This document shows, piece after piece, positions 34,731 to 47,719 of a stretch of 64,000 bases of DNA. Under the pieces are notes generated by a model. It worked only from the letters and a program-made list of their open reading frames with translations, was not told where the DNA came from and did no database searches. The position numbers and the translations under genes were made by a program. Origin of the DNA: Nitrospirales bacterium (GTDB lineage Bacteria; Nitrospirota; Nitrospiria; Nitrospirales; UBA8639); the NCBI GenBank assembly GCA_965203295.1, contig CBDBCZ010000018.1, forward strand, positions 384,001-448,000. The letters run 5' to 3'. The stretch's first letter is position 1. The number at the start of each line of letters is the position of its first letter.

Positions 34731-35869
34731 TTTCTTCTGAACTCATGAAATTCTGATACGAAAGACTAGTACTCGCTCTGAACTCACTCTCATTAAAACT
34801 CCGAAAGGAAAGACTAGTTGACATCTGCGCATATGTATTTATAGGGGATTGGTCATGAGACTAGATATAAAGCCTCATATCCGGTTAGTTAACTAAACGA
34901 TTCTAAAGCCCCACCCATTGGCGAAATCATCGGCGTTAAACGGGAGCCGTCTAGTCTGGACTAAAGATAAAGCGAAGCTGTTACAGAGTCGACTCGGAAT
35001 CAATATGTATTAATGTTTGTTTGTGTCTTGTGTCGATGTTCCCTGAGGAAGGTTGGTAGAGTGCGTATTATCTATGCAACTGAAACGTTGGCAGTTTCTT
35101 TGAAACAACTGTTGCGGGTTGGAATAAGGATACGTATAATTATCTCCTTGAGTACATAGTCTAGACTAAGGCTTGACCAGATATCTCTGGTATTGACAGC
35201 TTGTAATTAGCTTCGCGTCGATGCCTAGACTAGCCACGTGTGCTTCCTGCTTCTATATATAAGGACATTACTACTTAATTTTTTCAAGTTACAGCTCGAA
35301 TAGTTCAAATCTAGTTTACTTTTACCCAGTTACAGCTCGAACGGTTCAGATTGCACACAAGTCTTCCATTCAAATGTACAAGAAAGTGAGTATGGCAGTT
35401 CTGTGCTGGAGTCCTAAATCAGTGTGTAGATAGCAATGGTATGCAGGAGAGTGTAATTTCGTAGGTAATATAGCACACAACAGATTAAGTCTCAATTTAG
35501 CGCTATAGACTTATGCAGCGGTTCAGCCCCACCCATCTACTAAAAGCCATACAAATGCAGGAAGATCACAGTCCGGAAGCGTATGTATAGTACTACCCGC
35601 GGTAGAGGGCTATACATAGTAATCATCAGATTCTGTCATATACATCGACTGGCTCCTGTTTATGATATAATACTGAATAATACTCTCAGTGAAATAAGGC
35701 ATTCAGTTGGTTTTTGGAATAAAGTTAGCTTTTTGGGCGAATTTACGATCAATAACCGATTGGCCACTTTGATCCACTGATCAAGTCCTCTTGGATAGCT
35801 AAAAAAGCCGGTGAGTAGCAGTTTTGGAGCAGTGTGAGGAAAACCTCTTGGTAAGGTGGTGGCTTTTAA

Positions 35870-37272
35870 CCGATTATACGCGATTGACGCCTATAGGCGT
35901 CACGCGTGCAAAATGCGTTAAGCGCGGTAGACGCCTATAGGCGTCATTGTCAACGGTATTACCTTTACTGTGCTGTACTGGAAGCGGGAGGAGCTAAGAG
36001 CGAGCGGACACTTGTAGGTCTTTACTACACTTCCTGAGGTACGTAATACTGTGAATAGAATTATGGTAAGCATTGTTATGGATTCAGGATAGTAACTATA
36101 AAATTGTTGATAACAGCAACACTCCTACACTGCACAACAGCTAAAAATGAAAGCTAAAAAGAGCCCCTGCACATCTGTATCTTCAGTTCTGGATGCTGTT
36201 ATGATGGAAGAGAATGAGGATGACTTGCAGGAAACCATGTTGGAGGGGTGGGGAGGGCAGTGGTGAACTGCTGTGAGCCTACAACAAGAGGAGAGATATA
36301 ATGAAACTCTTGCCCCAACACAGCTGGACTCTCCAACATTCACTCAGAGCATCTCTGCACATACCAGGCTCTCTATCCCCTTATAAACAATCTATGGGAA
36401 ACCCTTTTCCCTCCACAGCACCCCCACTATGCCCACCTGGTTGTCATCCTTGCTTCCATACAAGCATATTCATTCCCTCCCGTCAGCCCGACCATTTCCG
36501 TCCCACCACCACAGACACCATAACGTCACGGATTTGTCAAAAACTGTGACATCTGGTTGTTTATAGTGGAGACTCTGTCAGTGACTGCTCTCAGATGAGG
36601 CACAAACACCTGGCGGGAGCAGAGCAGTGAATCACTTCCCTCTACCTAGCGTCTGCTTCCGACATTTTTCCCCCCTCCCGACACACACACCCATCTCGAC
36701 TCTCCTCACTTTATCCATCTCTATAGCTTCTGTCTAGTTAGTAATGAAGTATTTATTACTTTAGAATGCTATCTGCTGTATCCACAGACCTACAAAAGCC
36801 TAAAAGCTTACTGAGCTCGTATACTTAGTCTCGGGTTCCAGGCGTTAAAAATTTGGTCTCACTACCCAGGAAAAACTAAGCTTTTTTAGCGCTGCTACCA
36901 TTATATATAGTAGCAAGCCGCTTACACACACATGCCTACACCTAGGCCTAGCCATTACTTGTCCCTTCTATCACAAAGTGACAGAAAAATCCAATAATGG
37001 CCAAGCGTCGGTAGCTACCGCTAACAAAAATAACTTACCGCGCGAGATGTAGCATGCTATCTTCGTCCAGAGTGGTGACAGCCAGGCGATCTTGGCGCCG
37101 TTGGAAAGCCCTGCCATCGCGCTTCACCATGGTACCTGGTTGCCTGTAGCCATCTTCCAGCGTTTAGCAGCTACAAACAGTTTTTGCCAACGAGGCAAAA
37201 AAACTATTTCCGCCATACGATTAATTTCGCTATACGGTATAGCCTCGCGAAATAATTCTCGCGTATAATCGG
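35870..37272. mobile_element. 1.4-kb non-autonomous piggyBac-like element
   Basis: Perfect 14-bp TIR CCGATTATACGCGA / TCGCGTATAATCGG, with TTAA at 35866 and 37273 and two subterminal palindromes gacgcctataggcgtc. The empty site ggcttTTAAaaagccgg lies in 31290-31400. Confidence 0.93.
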
Positions 37273-37276
37273 TTAA

Positions 37277-39560
37277 AAAGCCGGTGAGTAGCAGCTTTGG
37301 AGCAGTGTTAGGAAAACCTCTTGATAAGGTGGTGGCTTTTAGAAAAGTCGGTGCAAAGTAGAAAACAGTACGAGAAAATAAAATAGAAGCAGTGTCTAAG
37401 TTAAGGCATGATATGTAATGTTGCTGTCTTAGTAACAATAGGTGCTAAAGGTGTAGCTATATTAAATGTCAAACTCCACAACATGGCACAAGCAAATTGA
37501 AGTGTACATAACTGAATTGACGTAATATTTATGGTACACTTTATGCATTTTTAGTGAGCCTACATCTACCATAACGTAGCTATTGGTATTGGTGATAGAA
37601 TAAGCAAAGAGATGATGCGAAAAAGGTGATGTTTCGTGTACTTGAACTAAAAATTTCTTTCTCTCACCTTGTACAAAGATGTGATCAATCCCCCCGAATA
37701 CTGGAAGTTCTTTGTCAGATATTTCCATGCAAATTAGGGCACCTGGTCAAAACTCCACCCCGAGCACAGTGACAGCTGACACGCTTAAATAGAAGAAAAT
37801 AAATTGCTGCTGTGAGACTACTCCAAAGTGCACACACGCATGTATACTTTCACAAAGTCGTGTGTAATGTTAATCTCACCTCTGCACAGATGAGCACCCA
37901 GGGAATTCCTCTGCTGCAACTTCTCTGCACACACGCATGTATACTTTCACAAAGTCGTGTGTAATGTTAATCTCACCTCTGCACAGATGAGCACCCAGGG
38001 AATTCCTCTGCTGCAACTTCTCTGGCACCAGATGGGAGCTCAGGAAGCTCTACTGCATTTTCTATGGTGATAAAAGCATTGCATGCATACATAAATGACC
38101 AGCTACACTAATTAGAAAGAAGCCGTAAGTTTATTCTGTTCTGCTAGTAAAGTGATACCTGTTAAAAAATAATATCAAATTTGCATTACGTTACTGAGTT
38201 GAAATTTCTCGCACACTGACAAGAAACTCTACTTGTTGTACAGTATGTATTACTCTGATAGTGTATTTAATGCTGCAATAAAGTAGATCATACCTCTCCC
38301 TACTTCGTCGCTCTTGTAAAGAAAGTTTGATGGCTCGACCCCTGGTGCAGACAGCATCTGAAGGCACATGTAGTGCTGGTGCTTAGTGGCAATGGTGTAG
38401 GGCAGGTTCTTGAAGGTCTTGCCCACCATGCTCTTAATGTGAGCATTTTTTTGCCTCAAATCGCACGCACCATTGGTTTCAGAGGGGTCCAAACCTACAC
38501 ATGCATGCAAAAAAAACAAATTTAAAACTAGACTTCTGCATGATTGACATTAAATGAGTTTAACATTCGATAGATACCATAATAAAGTAGGTTCATAGTC
38601 TGTCTAAGTCTCTCTTCATCCCTTAGCTGCATCTTTACACTGCAATACATGTAGATCACATTACTATACGATCACACAAACAGTTAACATAGTTATGTAC
38701 GATGTAAGCAGCTTCATCTGCTGTGGAAGGTGTATCAGGTAGTGCAGTTTAGGCACCATGCTTCCAAGGTACAGCCTGTGGTACTGCCTGAGGTATTCCT
38801 GCACAATCAGTGTCATTGTACTGGCTGTGACCTCAGTCATTTCCACTGCTGTGGCATGAGTGACCACCCGCAATAGTTGGATGTAGCACTTCCAGTGTTT
38901 GTCACTCTCAGGAACGTGTTTCCCAATCATCAGTGGCAGTAGTCGCCCCAGCAACCACATCTGTGAAGCTAATGATACAAAGCAATAGAAAATTCAAGAC
39001 GATTTTTGCTGTGAAATAAATGAAAGTATTTCACTGTGTTACTGAGTGGACGAGTTCACACAAAATTTATATTAATTATATTATTATTATTATTATTATT
39101 ATAATCAAATACAGAAATACTAAGGCAAACACTGATTGAAAAGAGCTACTCACCTGATTACCCCAACTTTGTTGAGTTATCACTTACAAGACGATCCCGG
39201 TCAATGGGGCTGGGGATGGTTCTGGCCTCAGAATACCTATACGGGAATGTCTTGCCCATTCAGGGCGTCAGTGGTGAAATACACCTTTTCCCAGATGTAG
39301 TGGGCAAGAATCCTCCGGCACTGCAGCATGAGCATTTTCTGTATGTCGAAGTACTTTCCTTGTACCCCCCAGCACAGCTTGCAGCGGGAGAATCTTCAAG
39401 AAATGCACTTTCAATGCAAGCAAGCACCCGTGAAAGTGATGCTCTTGCCTTACATGAATGCCTTCCTGTTGGAACAAATAATTTAGGTGCTTAAATGTCA
39501 TAACACAGATAGGAGAATATGTATGCAAAGGACAGAACCACACACATGTCCAATGCACTT
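37277..39560 (-). pseudogene. EnSpm/CACTA transposase family A (copy 4)
   Basis: MWLLGRLLPLMIG...PKLHYLIHLP (38664-38960), FKNLPYTIATKHQ and LPVFGG; colinear with 1-2867. Confidence 0.82.
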
Positions 39561-39930
39561 TGTGGTATTACTCGATAACTCAACAGTAATAGAATAGACT
39601 CTACAAGATACAGTAAACGTCATACTATATAGTAGATCTAACTATAGGCAGTTACATCACAACTCCCCCTTTAGGCCAGTCGCACTGGAGAGATGATTGG
39701 CGTTCCAGTTTGGGATCTTGTCATGATCCTGCGAGTTGGTTCGAGCTCGGGTGCATGCAATGAATCATGCCAGTCGTTCGAACGATCGGACGTATCGGGC
39801 ATAACAGTCAGGTGGGAGTGGTTTCGACGCACCTGCCCGGTTGGAGTGTCGACCACATAGGACCTAGGGTCAGCTGCTGAGGAAACAACTCTTCCCCGAA
39901 CTGGGTCCCCTTCAGAGCTGATCCAGACCT
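39561..39930 (-). mobile_element. Duplicate of the Gypsy 3' end (LTR 39561-39661, internally deleted)
   Basis: Matches 17417-17850, at the same insertion point in the EnSpm copy. Confidence 0.85.
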
Positions 39931-41166
39931 CTAAATATAAATGGCAAAGAGATGGAGGAAGTAGAATCATTTAAGTACTTGCAGCTGGGGGTGTGGTTTG
40001 ACCGATGGATGAGAGGAAACATGCATTTAATGAAGATGGTCGAGAAAGCAGAGGAATGGGTAGGTAAAGTAGAATGGATGGCTAGGGCAAATGGAGATAT
40101 GGAAGTCGAGCGTAGAAGGATGGCATGGGAATTGATGGCAAGGCCATGTTTGGAGCACGCAGCAGAAGTATGGTGGCCAGGAGGGAAAGTGGTGGGTAGA
40201 AAATTGGAAACAGTGCATGCAAGACCAAATAGGTAGGAAGTTGCTGAGGGCAAGTAATACAGTGGCAGGGTTGCGGTGCGAGGTGATCTTGGATGGAGAA
40301 GGTTGGAAGAGAGGAGGGAAGAGTAGAAGGTTCTGTTTGGTAGGGGGAACTAGGTGAAGAGAGACTGGTAATGTGGATTGTAGAAAAATTGCAAGAAGCT
40401 GGTGGAGTGGGGTGAGGGAGGAGTATGAAGTGCTGACTAGGAAGTATGGGCTGGAACAGGAAGATGAAGGGAAAGCAGGGTCTGCTGCAGAGTGGAAGAG
40501 AAGAGTAAGAGAGCTAAACAGGAATGAATGGAAGGAAGAAGTAGAGCCAATGAGCAGCTTGAGATGGTATAGAGCAGTGCAAGATACTTTTGGTGTGGAG
40601 GAGTACGTTGCGTCATGGGTAGGGCATGCGGCGGTTAGGTTGAGGTTTCGGTTGAATACTGGTTCTGCGGGGTTGTTTGAGGATAAATGGAGGTGTCAGA
40701 TGTGCGTAGATGGGAGGTGACTGTTGTGTAATAGGGGTGACGTAGAGGATGTAGGGCATTTTGTATTGAATTGTGGAGAATTTACTGCAGAGAGGAGAAA
40801 GTTGGTTAGGAAGATTAGGAGTTTAGTAGGGGCAGAAATATGGGTTGAGGAATATGACAGAGATGTAGAAGAGAAGATGGCATTGTTAGGAAAGAGGATG
40901 GAAGGGGTGGAGAGGGATGTGATGGATGTAGTAGACGGGTGGTTGTTAAAGGAGTTGCTGGTGTGGTGGAGAAGGAGGAAAGATTTGTTGGGATGGACTT
41001 AGGTAGCTAAACCCTGCTCCAAGTACCTGGAACCCAGCGCTCCCATACCCCCACCTCTTATGATCATAACAGTTATTGCTATTGTAGTTATAAATGTTGT
41101 TGTTATTATTCTGTGTGTCTTGTATGTGATGGCCCAGTAGGGCTCAGACATGAAAGATTTAAAGAT
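39930..41166 (+). mobile_element. Duplicate of the LINE 3' fragment, without the MITE
   Basis: ORFs 39952-40236, 40373-40720 and 40724-41002 match 18168-19149. Confidence 0.85.
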
Positions 41167-41699
41167 ATCCCACCGATAGTAATTATGCTTCAGCGGTTCG
41201 TACAGTCCTTGCACGGTTTTGACACAGAGCATCATTCGTACAACGCCTGTGACGCCACGTGCTTTTGAAGATGAACATGCATGTAAACGCCCCCCAGTCC
41301 CCATCCCCTTTCCATCCCGTAGCAGCAGTTCCGCTGGTAACCCTGACGCCTGGGTGAGCCAATCGGACATCAACCCTAATGCCTGCGACCTCGAACAAGA
41401 CGACTCATTATTTGTTCGTCCATGCCAGGTGATGAAGAAGAGGAAGACTGCAGCTTACCTCCCGCATCTCCCCCACTCTCGGCGCCAGCCCGGCTCGGGA
41501 GCTCCTCACACCACGCTGAATTCTCAATGCACCTCTGCGTATTTAAGAAGTGCCAGTGGTGGTGACTCCACCAAACCCAGCATTGAGCGTCTGAACCCTA
41601 CACATTCACCGCAGGCCTATGTTCCCCGTAGCTCCTCATGGTGAACGAAATAAACCCCTTTGAATGAGAAGGCATGAGAATATTGACACAGTAAAGTAA

Positions 41700-42420
41700 C
41701 TGCCTGAGTTCTACCTTTGGCCAAGTTTGAAGCAGTCAAAACTGGTTGGTTGGTTCTGAGTTGTTCTCTAACCTCTCACGGTTGATCTGACGGGATTCTT
41801 GGGCGAGAACGGCAGACCAGTTCTTAATGACCGTCTTCACCCTCTGTACTTTCATAAGGCCAGCTGTGTCAATGGTCAGGACAAGGAATTGATTGCTTGC
41901 CGAATCCGATTGAGGTTTACATTTTGGGTTGATGGCTGTATGTCGGCCTCCAGGAATTTTAGGTAGCGGCCCATCCGATCACATTCCAGAAGTAGCTCCT
42001 AGAGGGCACCAGGTTTCGCAAAGTAGAGGTACCTGCTCACATCCGCGAAAATCTGTTTCGACTCCCTCTCAGATCTCTTGCAGCCGTGGCGACTCTCTAG
42101 GTAACCCCGAAGCTCAACCAGAAAGGGTTGGCCGCTTGGAAAGAAAGGCTTGCTGGCAATATCCTTTCCCACATGGTAGGTAGTCAGTTATTGACGACTG
42201 GTTGGGATGGCTCACTTGCACTGCCATGAGTAGTGTAATGGCAGCATCCCTACACATATCCGGTGCTCCGGAGTGCCAACGGTTTTGTGCATTGTGATAA
42301 TGTGCTGGCTCAACTTGGCGAATATTTGGCCACATCCAAGGATTGGACAACAGCGTGCTTTTCTGTTGCCCTTTCTCTTTTTGGTCCGGACCCCTATAGT
42401 GATGCCGATAAACATGCAAT
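41700..42420 (-). pseudogene. Diverged relative of the recombinase gene's N-terminal half (C2H2-like finger plus binding domain)
   Basis: CPILGCGQIFAKLSQHIITMH, followed in another frame by DVSRYLYFAKP...MGRYLKFLE...IKNWSAVL, which parallels DVSKFLRYA...LVGHLSKLE at 29125-29409. Confidence 0.5.
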
Positions 42421-42949
42421 TGGCAAGTCAGAATGGATTTATCTGAACATTAAGTAGTACGACCTGGTTGTACAATTTGATGCACAGCTATTACACCGTA
42501 CCCTCCTCTTAGTGGTTTGATGCATGTACGGTTCTGATGGACTCCATTGTTGCCAGAAAGGGACATTAATCATAAAATTTACTTAATGTAAATTTGTATT
42601 TGTGTGTACCTCTCTCAAGTCGCCAGCCTGTGGACCCTCATCCTCGGAAGAAATAGGGTTAGGGTAGTGTCTTCGGATAGTGCCCTTGATAGAGATGTGA
42701 TATAATCAAGTCACAACAGCTTAGAAAATGTTGACTTGTTTGCACCTTTCGGCGGCGAACCAACTGCTCGTATATATATGAAACTGATCATGTTTGTTAA
42801 ACAATTTGGTACTACAGTTTCAAAAACAAACGAGAACTCACATACAGCAGCTGCAGGGTTTGACTAGCGGAAGTCACACCGTGTACATCCTGTATATCAT
42901 TTCACAATGTGATCACTAAACTGCAGACATCTCTAAGCATAAACCAATA

Positions 42950-43415
42950 CAATTATTCTGGGGTGTGTCCCTCGAGGAACGCACCACAAAACCCCGAAAC
43001 TGAAGACACAGCTGTATTTACTGGCTAATAGACTAACCCCATGCTTCTAACATTGAGAACAAATAATTCCACGGTGTGTCCTCGAGGGATGCATCCCGGA
43101 CCGCGAAACCCCGAATTTGGATATGCTGCTGCATCTGCCTACAAATAGACTAACCCCATGCTTCAATGCTTGAGATGTGTCCCTCAAGGGACGCACCACG
43201 AAACCCCAAAATTAGAGAAATAGCTGTATTGGCTTGCAAATAGACCAACCCCATGCTGCAATGCTTGAGAATAAATCAATCCTTCTGGGGTACGTCCCTC
43301 GAGGGACGCACCAAGAAACCACGAAATGGGAGATACAGCTGTATTTGCTTGCAAACAGTATAACCCCACGCTTCAATGTTTGAGAATAAATCATTCGGGG
43401 TGCGTCCCTCAAAAA
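42950..43415. repeat. Diverged ~110-125-bp tandem repeats containing a palindrome
   Basis: Recurring ggtg(t/c)gtccctcgagggacgcacc and aatagactaaccccatgcttc, about 4 units. Confidence 0.75.
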
Positions 43416-43955
43416 TGTCTGATGTTTGGTCATAGAAGTAGGGTTAGGGCCGGGTGTGTGGGGTTAGGTCAGTCAATGACCGTGCTATATGTCCTGAAAA
43501 TGTAAAGTCGATTGGACATTAGGTTAAGGAGATACGGAGCGATAAACATCCAACATATGAACCCAATGCCGATTTTACGGGTTAGGTATATTGAGGCGGG
43601 CGGGGTTAGAGTTATGAGGTGGGGTTATTAAGTTCTACACCGGGGTTAGGTAGTGTGGGTATATATGTCTCAGTGATGTGGTTTTGGTTGGCGTGGGGTT
43701 GAAAATTGGGTTTTTTGATGAATTTGGGTGGAGCTGTGTGGGGCTCATCTGCATGAGCTGGCGGAATCTGAGGCACAGCTACACTGTGAGCATGCTCCAT
43801 CATCCTCACACATACTGTGGGGCTCATCTGCATGAGCTGGCAGAGTCTGAGGCACAGCTACACTGTGAGCATGCTCCATCCTCACACATACTTGAATGTA
43901 CGGTAGTAGCTCTCTGGGTCTGCAGTGTGAATGTATGTGTGGGGGAGTACATGTA

Positions 43956-44430
43956 CCATAAACTACGTATTATCCGCCCATCCCCCTTTTTGAGTCAGAG
44001 TTACGTTGGAGGGGGTATTTATGTACTTAGTATCTGCCCACCTTTAATTAAATACCATCCATGCGAGTTAAACATGTAACAACTGAAAATTCCAAGACAT
44101 CGAGCAGAATCAAACGACAACTCGATCTTCAGTGCGCTTTAATTGGAATACCGACGGTGAGTCCGTCAGCCACTTCGCTTTTTAGCGAACAGTAGTCTGC
44201 ATGCTTCTACAAAAGGTAGTTCAATACAATTTGCATTCACTGTGGTGTGGTACTTGCCTAGAAAAGCTATACTGACCTTGTATACTCACTTTGCATACCG
44301 CGCGTTTGGAATGCGTTCGAGTGGGCGGATACTACATCGCATTTATAAAAACTACGTATTATCTGCCCACCCCCTCTTTCAGCTTGCATTTAAGTGGCCC
44401 GCCCATGGGCGGATAATACGTACTTTACGG
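43956..44430. mobile_element. Tc1/mariner/pogo-like MITE (TA TSD)
   Basis: TIR CCATAAACTACGTATTATCCGCCCAT / ATGGGCGGATAATACGTACTTTACGG (24/26), with TA on both sides. Confidence 0.88.
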
Positions 44431-45639
44431 TATTAGCCTCTCAGTACAACTAAGCACTACCCCCAAAAACACCAACTCACTCGGATGGTGTGGTCCACCT
44501 TTGGCTCTGACAGCCTCACACAGTGACCATCTGCTCTTCCAGCTGCTCACTCAATTGTAGTTCTGAATCTGCATCGTAGGTTATGTAATACTAGGAGCTG
44601 TTTCTGCTGACAAATTTGATAACATGGGTACCTTCACTGGTGATACACCCCCCAGTTGTGTTCCCTGTCGACATACCTAGTGCTCTGACCATGCACGTGT
44701 TCATGTGTGGGCGATCGTGAGCTAGCTCTACCCTCTCTAAATTGCTATGAGCTGAACTGTGCACATGCCAGAACAATTACAGGTTTAGTATAGTAGCAGC
44801 TCAAGGATGGCAAGCAACATTAAAACCCCTCCTCACGTTCTCTGTGTCGCCCCTCGAACGGTATGTTTGATGTTAGTTCACTAAAACTGTATAGTTATAG
44901 CTATAACAGTATACTACTGTTCTTCGTTTTTGTTGTGTCTGTAGTTGGAGGCAACCACTACTGCAGTATCCTCAACTAGCCACCAAGCCTATTCTTTTGG
45001 CTCCCACCTTCCGATCCTTCTTCTAATCCTCCTGTGTTAGCATTTGTGTACAAGATTTACTCTATTTATAAAATCCACAGCCAGTTGTATGCCATTGTGC
45101 GGAGCAACCAGCTGGTTAAAAAGCACATGGTTCTTTGTAGCAACATATATACAACCAAGATATTGTGAGAGCTAATCTTGAAGCTTTTGACAGGGTTGTG
45201 CCCTGTTTTACGTTTCATTGGGACATTTCTCTTTGCTCCTTATAAATAGTATATTGTATAAACATTGTTTGTTTTATACCATGCTTTCTATTGAGTTTCT
45301 TCAAACTTTTAGTCCATGAACATTACCATCACATTACTTTTAGTCCATGAACATTACCATCACATTACTTTTAGTCCATGAACATCTTCACCGTCACATT
45401 TTGTCCATTAACATTGCCACTGTCCACTACATTATGTCCACGAACATTATCACTAGCACTGTACCCTTAACCCAAATGACACTCTTCGTGTTTCAGAAAG
45501 CTTATCTTCTCACAGTAGTTTGCAATGTATCAAAGTTGAGCTACTGGTACTCTAATTAGCTGAACATGAAACGTAATATTGACCAGTAGATAGATATGTT
45601 AGCTTATGAATATTTATGAAATGTAAGTGTAGATTCAAT

Positions 45640-47600
45640 CTGGTAAAGTTTATGCCATCGTTGACGCTCTTACCGTGATCACTGATCAGCTGCAACTCTT
45701 CCTGCTAGGTGAGGTTTGGGAATCACCCCGAACATACTGACGTGAAAGCCCGCCAGGTCCTGAAGAACGGGGCCTGCGATTCTGCCTATCTCTTTAGCCA
45801 GGTAGCTGTCTATGGGTGTGGGGTGCTGATCTTCTGACAGCATGGTTACGCTTGGCTTTTTCACAGCTGGCTGCCCCGTAGTCAAACCCAATCCTGAAAC
45901 CATGTTTAATGCCGTGAAGGATAAAACTGCGGAACTCCTGATCTGGATAAGCCAACAGCTCGCAGGCCCACGCCCCTGTGTATAATGGTGTGACCACCCT
46001 GCAGAGGCATGCTGGCACAGCCTGTGCCACTAATGGCATACATCTGTCCAGTCTGCGCAGGTCTGACATATAGTAATAGCGCCCCTGACTGTCCATGCCT
46101 GTAGGTGAAACCAACAACCTCAGTGAGCCCCTCCCCAACTGCCGGTCATGCTTGGCCCGCCCTTCATGTACCCTGAACCCAATGAGTTTGAAATAGTGAT
46201 GAACGTCAAAGGTTACTACTAGGCATGAGCAGGCGTGGCCTATACAGCGACCACAACTATAGTACTATCCCCTATGCCAGTTCATGTTCGCCGGTGGACC
46301 GCTCAAGCCGACCACTTGGCAGGGGGCTCTCGATCATCAGCTGAGACTTAGTTTAACACCCGGACTTCGATCTTGGTCGGACGACAGTGCATGACACTGG
46401 ACAATGCGATGTTCTCCAGCGCACTTGAGGCACACATGTAGGTAGCGGCAGGTAGTGCTTTGAGCCTTGCCCGCTATGGAAGGAGCCACCCGTAGCGGGC
46501 TTCCTGGGAGCCAAGCCGCACTCCTCGTCCGAGTGGTCCGACTCTGTACATAGGCTACAGCTCCTCCCCTTTCCCGCTTGCGCCAGGAAGGTGACTGCAT
46601 AGAGAAAGGTATTAAGCTTAGACCAGTCAGCCGACGTATCCCCCGCCATCTGCTGGTGGAACATGGAATTGTAGGGTTTCCAGCCTTTTCCACCGCAACG
46701 CCTGGTCTCACCCACGATGAGGGTCTGATAAGCCATAAGTTGCTTCATCCTCAGGGTGCGCACTCATGACAATGGCGGTGTAGGATCCAAAACACTGGAC
46801 CCAGCTCAACAAATCTGTCACCTCACGCCGGTTGCGCTTGGACGGGTGGGATGTACCCGCCGACTGCTCCAGCAGTGTACCTCGGTGAAGGGCCTCCAGA
46901 TTGTGTTGCAGCAGCTCTGCCATGTCGATGTACTCGCCCCGTTGAATCTTTGACACCAGCCTTGCAGGGATGGCGGCCAGACCCTCGCTGAGGATGAACG
47001 AGGGGGTGATCGTGTCGCCTGGTGTTTTTTCTGCTTGCTGACTCTCAGCCGCACCGGGTTGCCCCGCATGGCCTGGAACACTCCCGCCTGACCCCACGTT
47101 CACGGGGTCCAGCTATGGGGGGTCTACGACCGGCAGCTGCAGCCCCTGCAAGGTCTCTGGGGTTGGCATTGCTCCCAGGCCGATTCCTGGTGGAGAGGAA
47201 CAACAGGTAAAGGTGCCACCGACAGTTGTGGCCTCGCCTGCATGCCATTATCGACCACGATGGGACGGAGGCTCCGTCCCCGCCCACGGCCCACCACTGG
47301 GCGTCCATGATAAGCTTCCAGCTTACAGCTCCTGACGAGATACCCCCGTCCCCCCTAGGCTTGGGAACCTGCTATCACTACCATACGCTATCACTACCAT
47401 ATGCCTGCTAGTCGTGCATACCGACTTACCACGATGCATTGCTGGTTCCCGCCGGCTGGTGGTTGGAGAATGGAGGGCTTTTCCTGCAGGATCTCGCGTA
47501 GCGATTCCTGTAGCATCATTTTTAGGTCTGGAAGAACTGACGATTCAGCAGTCGAGGGGTCTTGGTCGGCCATGGTGCTGATGCGAACGGATGAGAGAGC
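45640..47600 (-). mobile_element. DIRS/Ngaro-type retrotransposon: gag-like ORF and start of RT, truncated
   Basis: IPARLVSKIQRGEYIDMAELL, SWVQCFGSY, LMAYQTLIV..GWKPYN, C-terminal HVCLKC..EH...C, then GIKHGFRIGF, FGVIPK and SVNDGI. Confidence 0.8.
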
Positions 47601-47719
47601 AGTAGAATTCTGTGTTGTCTTAAAAGTCCACAAGAATGGCTAAGAGTGCTGCGCATGCACGACCTGGCACACGAGACGGGGCAGCCCCTTGCTGGTAACT
47701 TGGTCTAAAGGGGCTTTAA

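Noticed and set aside
43430..43650. Interstitial telomere
   Set aside because: TTAGGG-like words are isolated rather than tandem.
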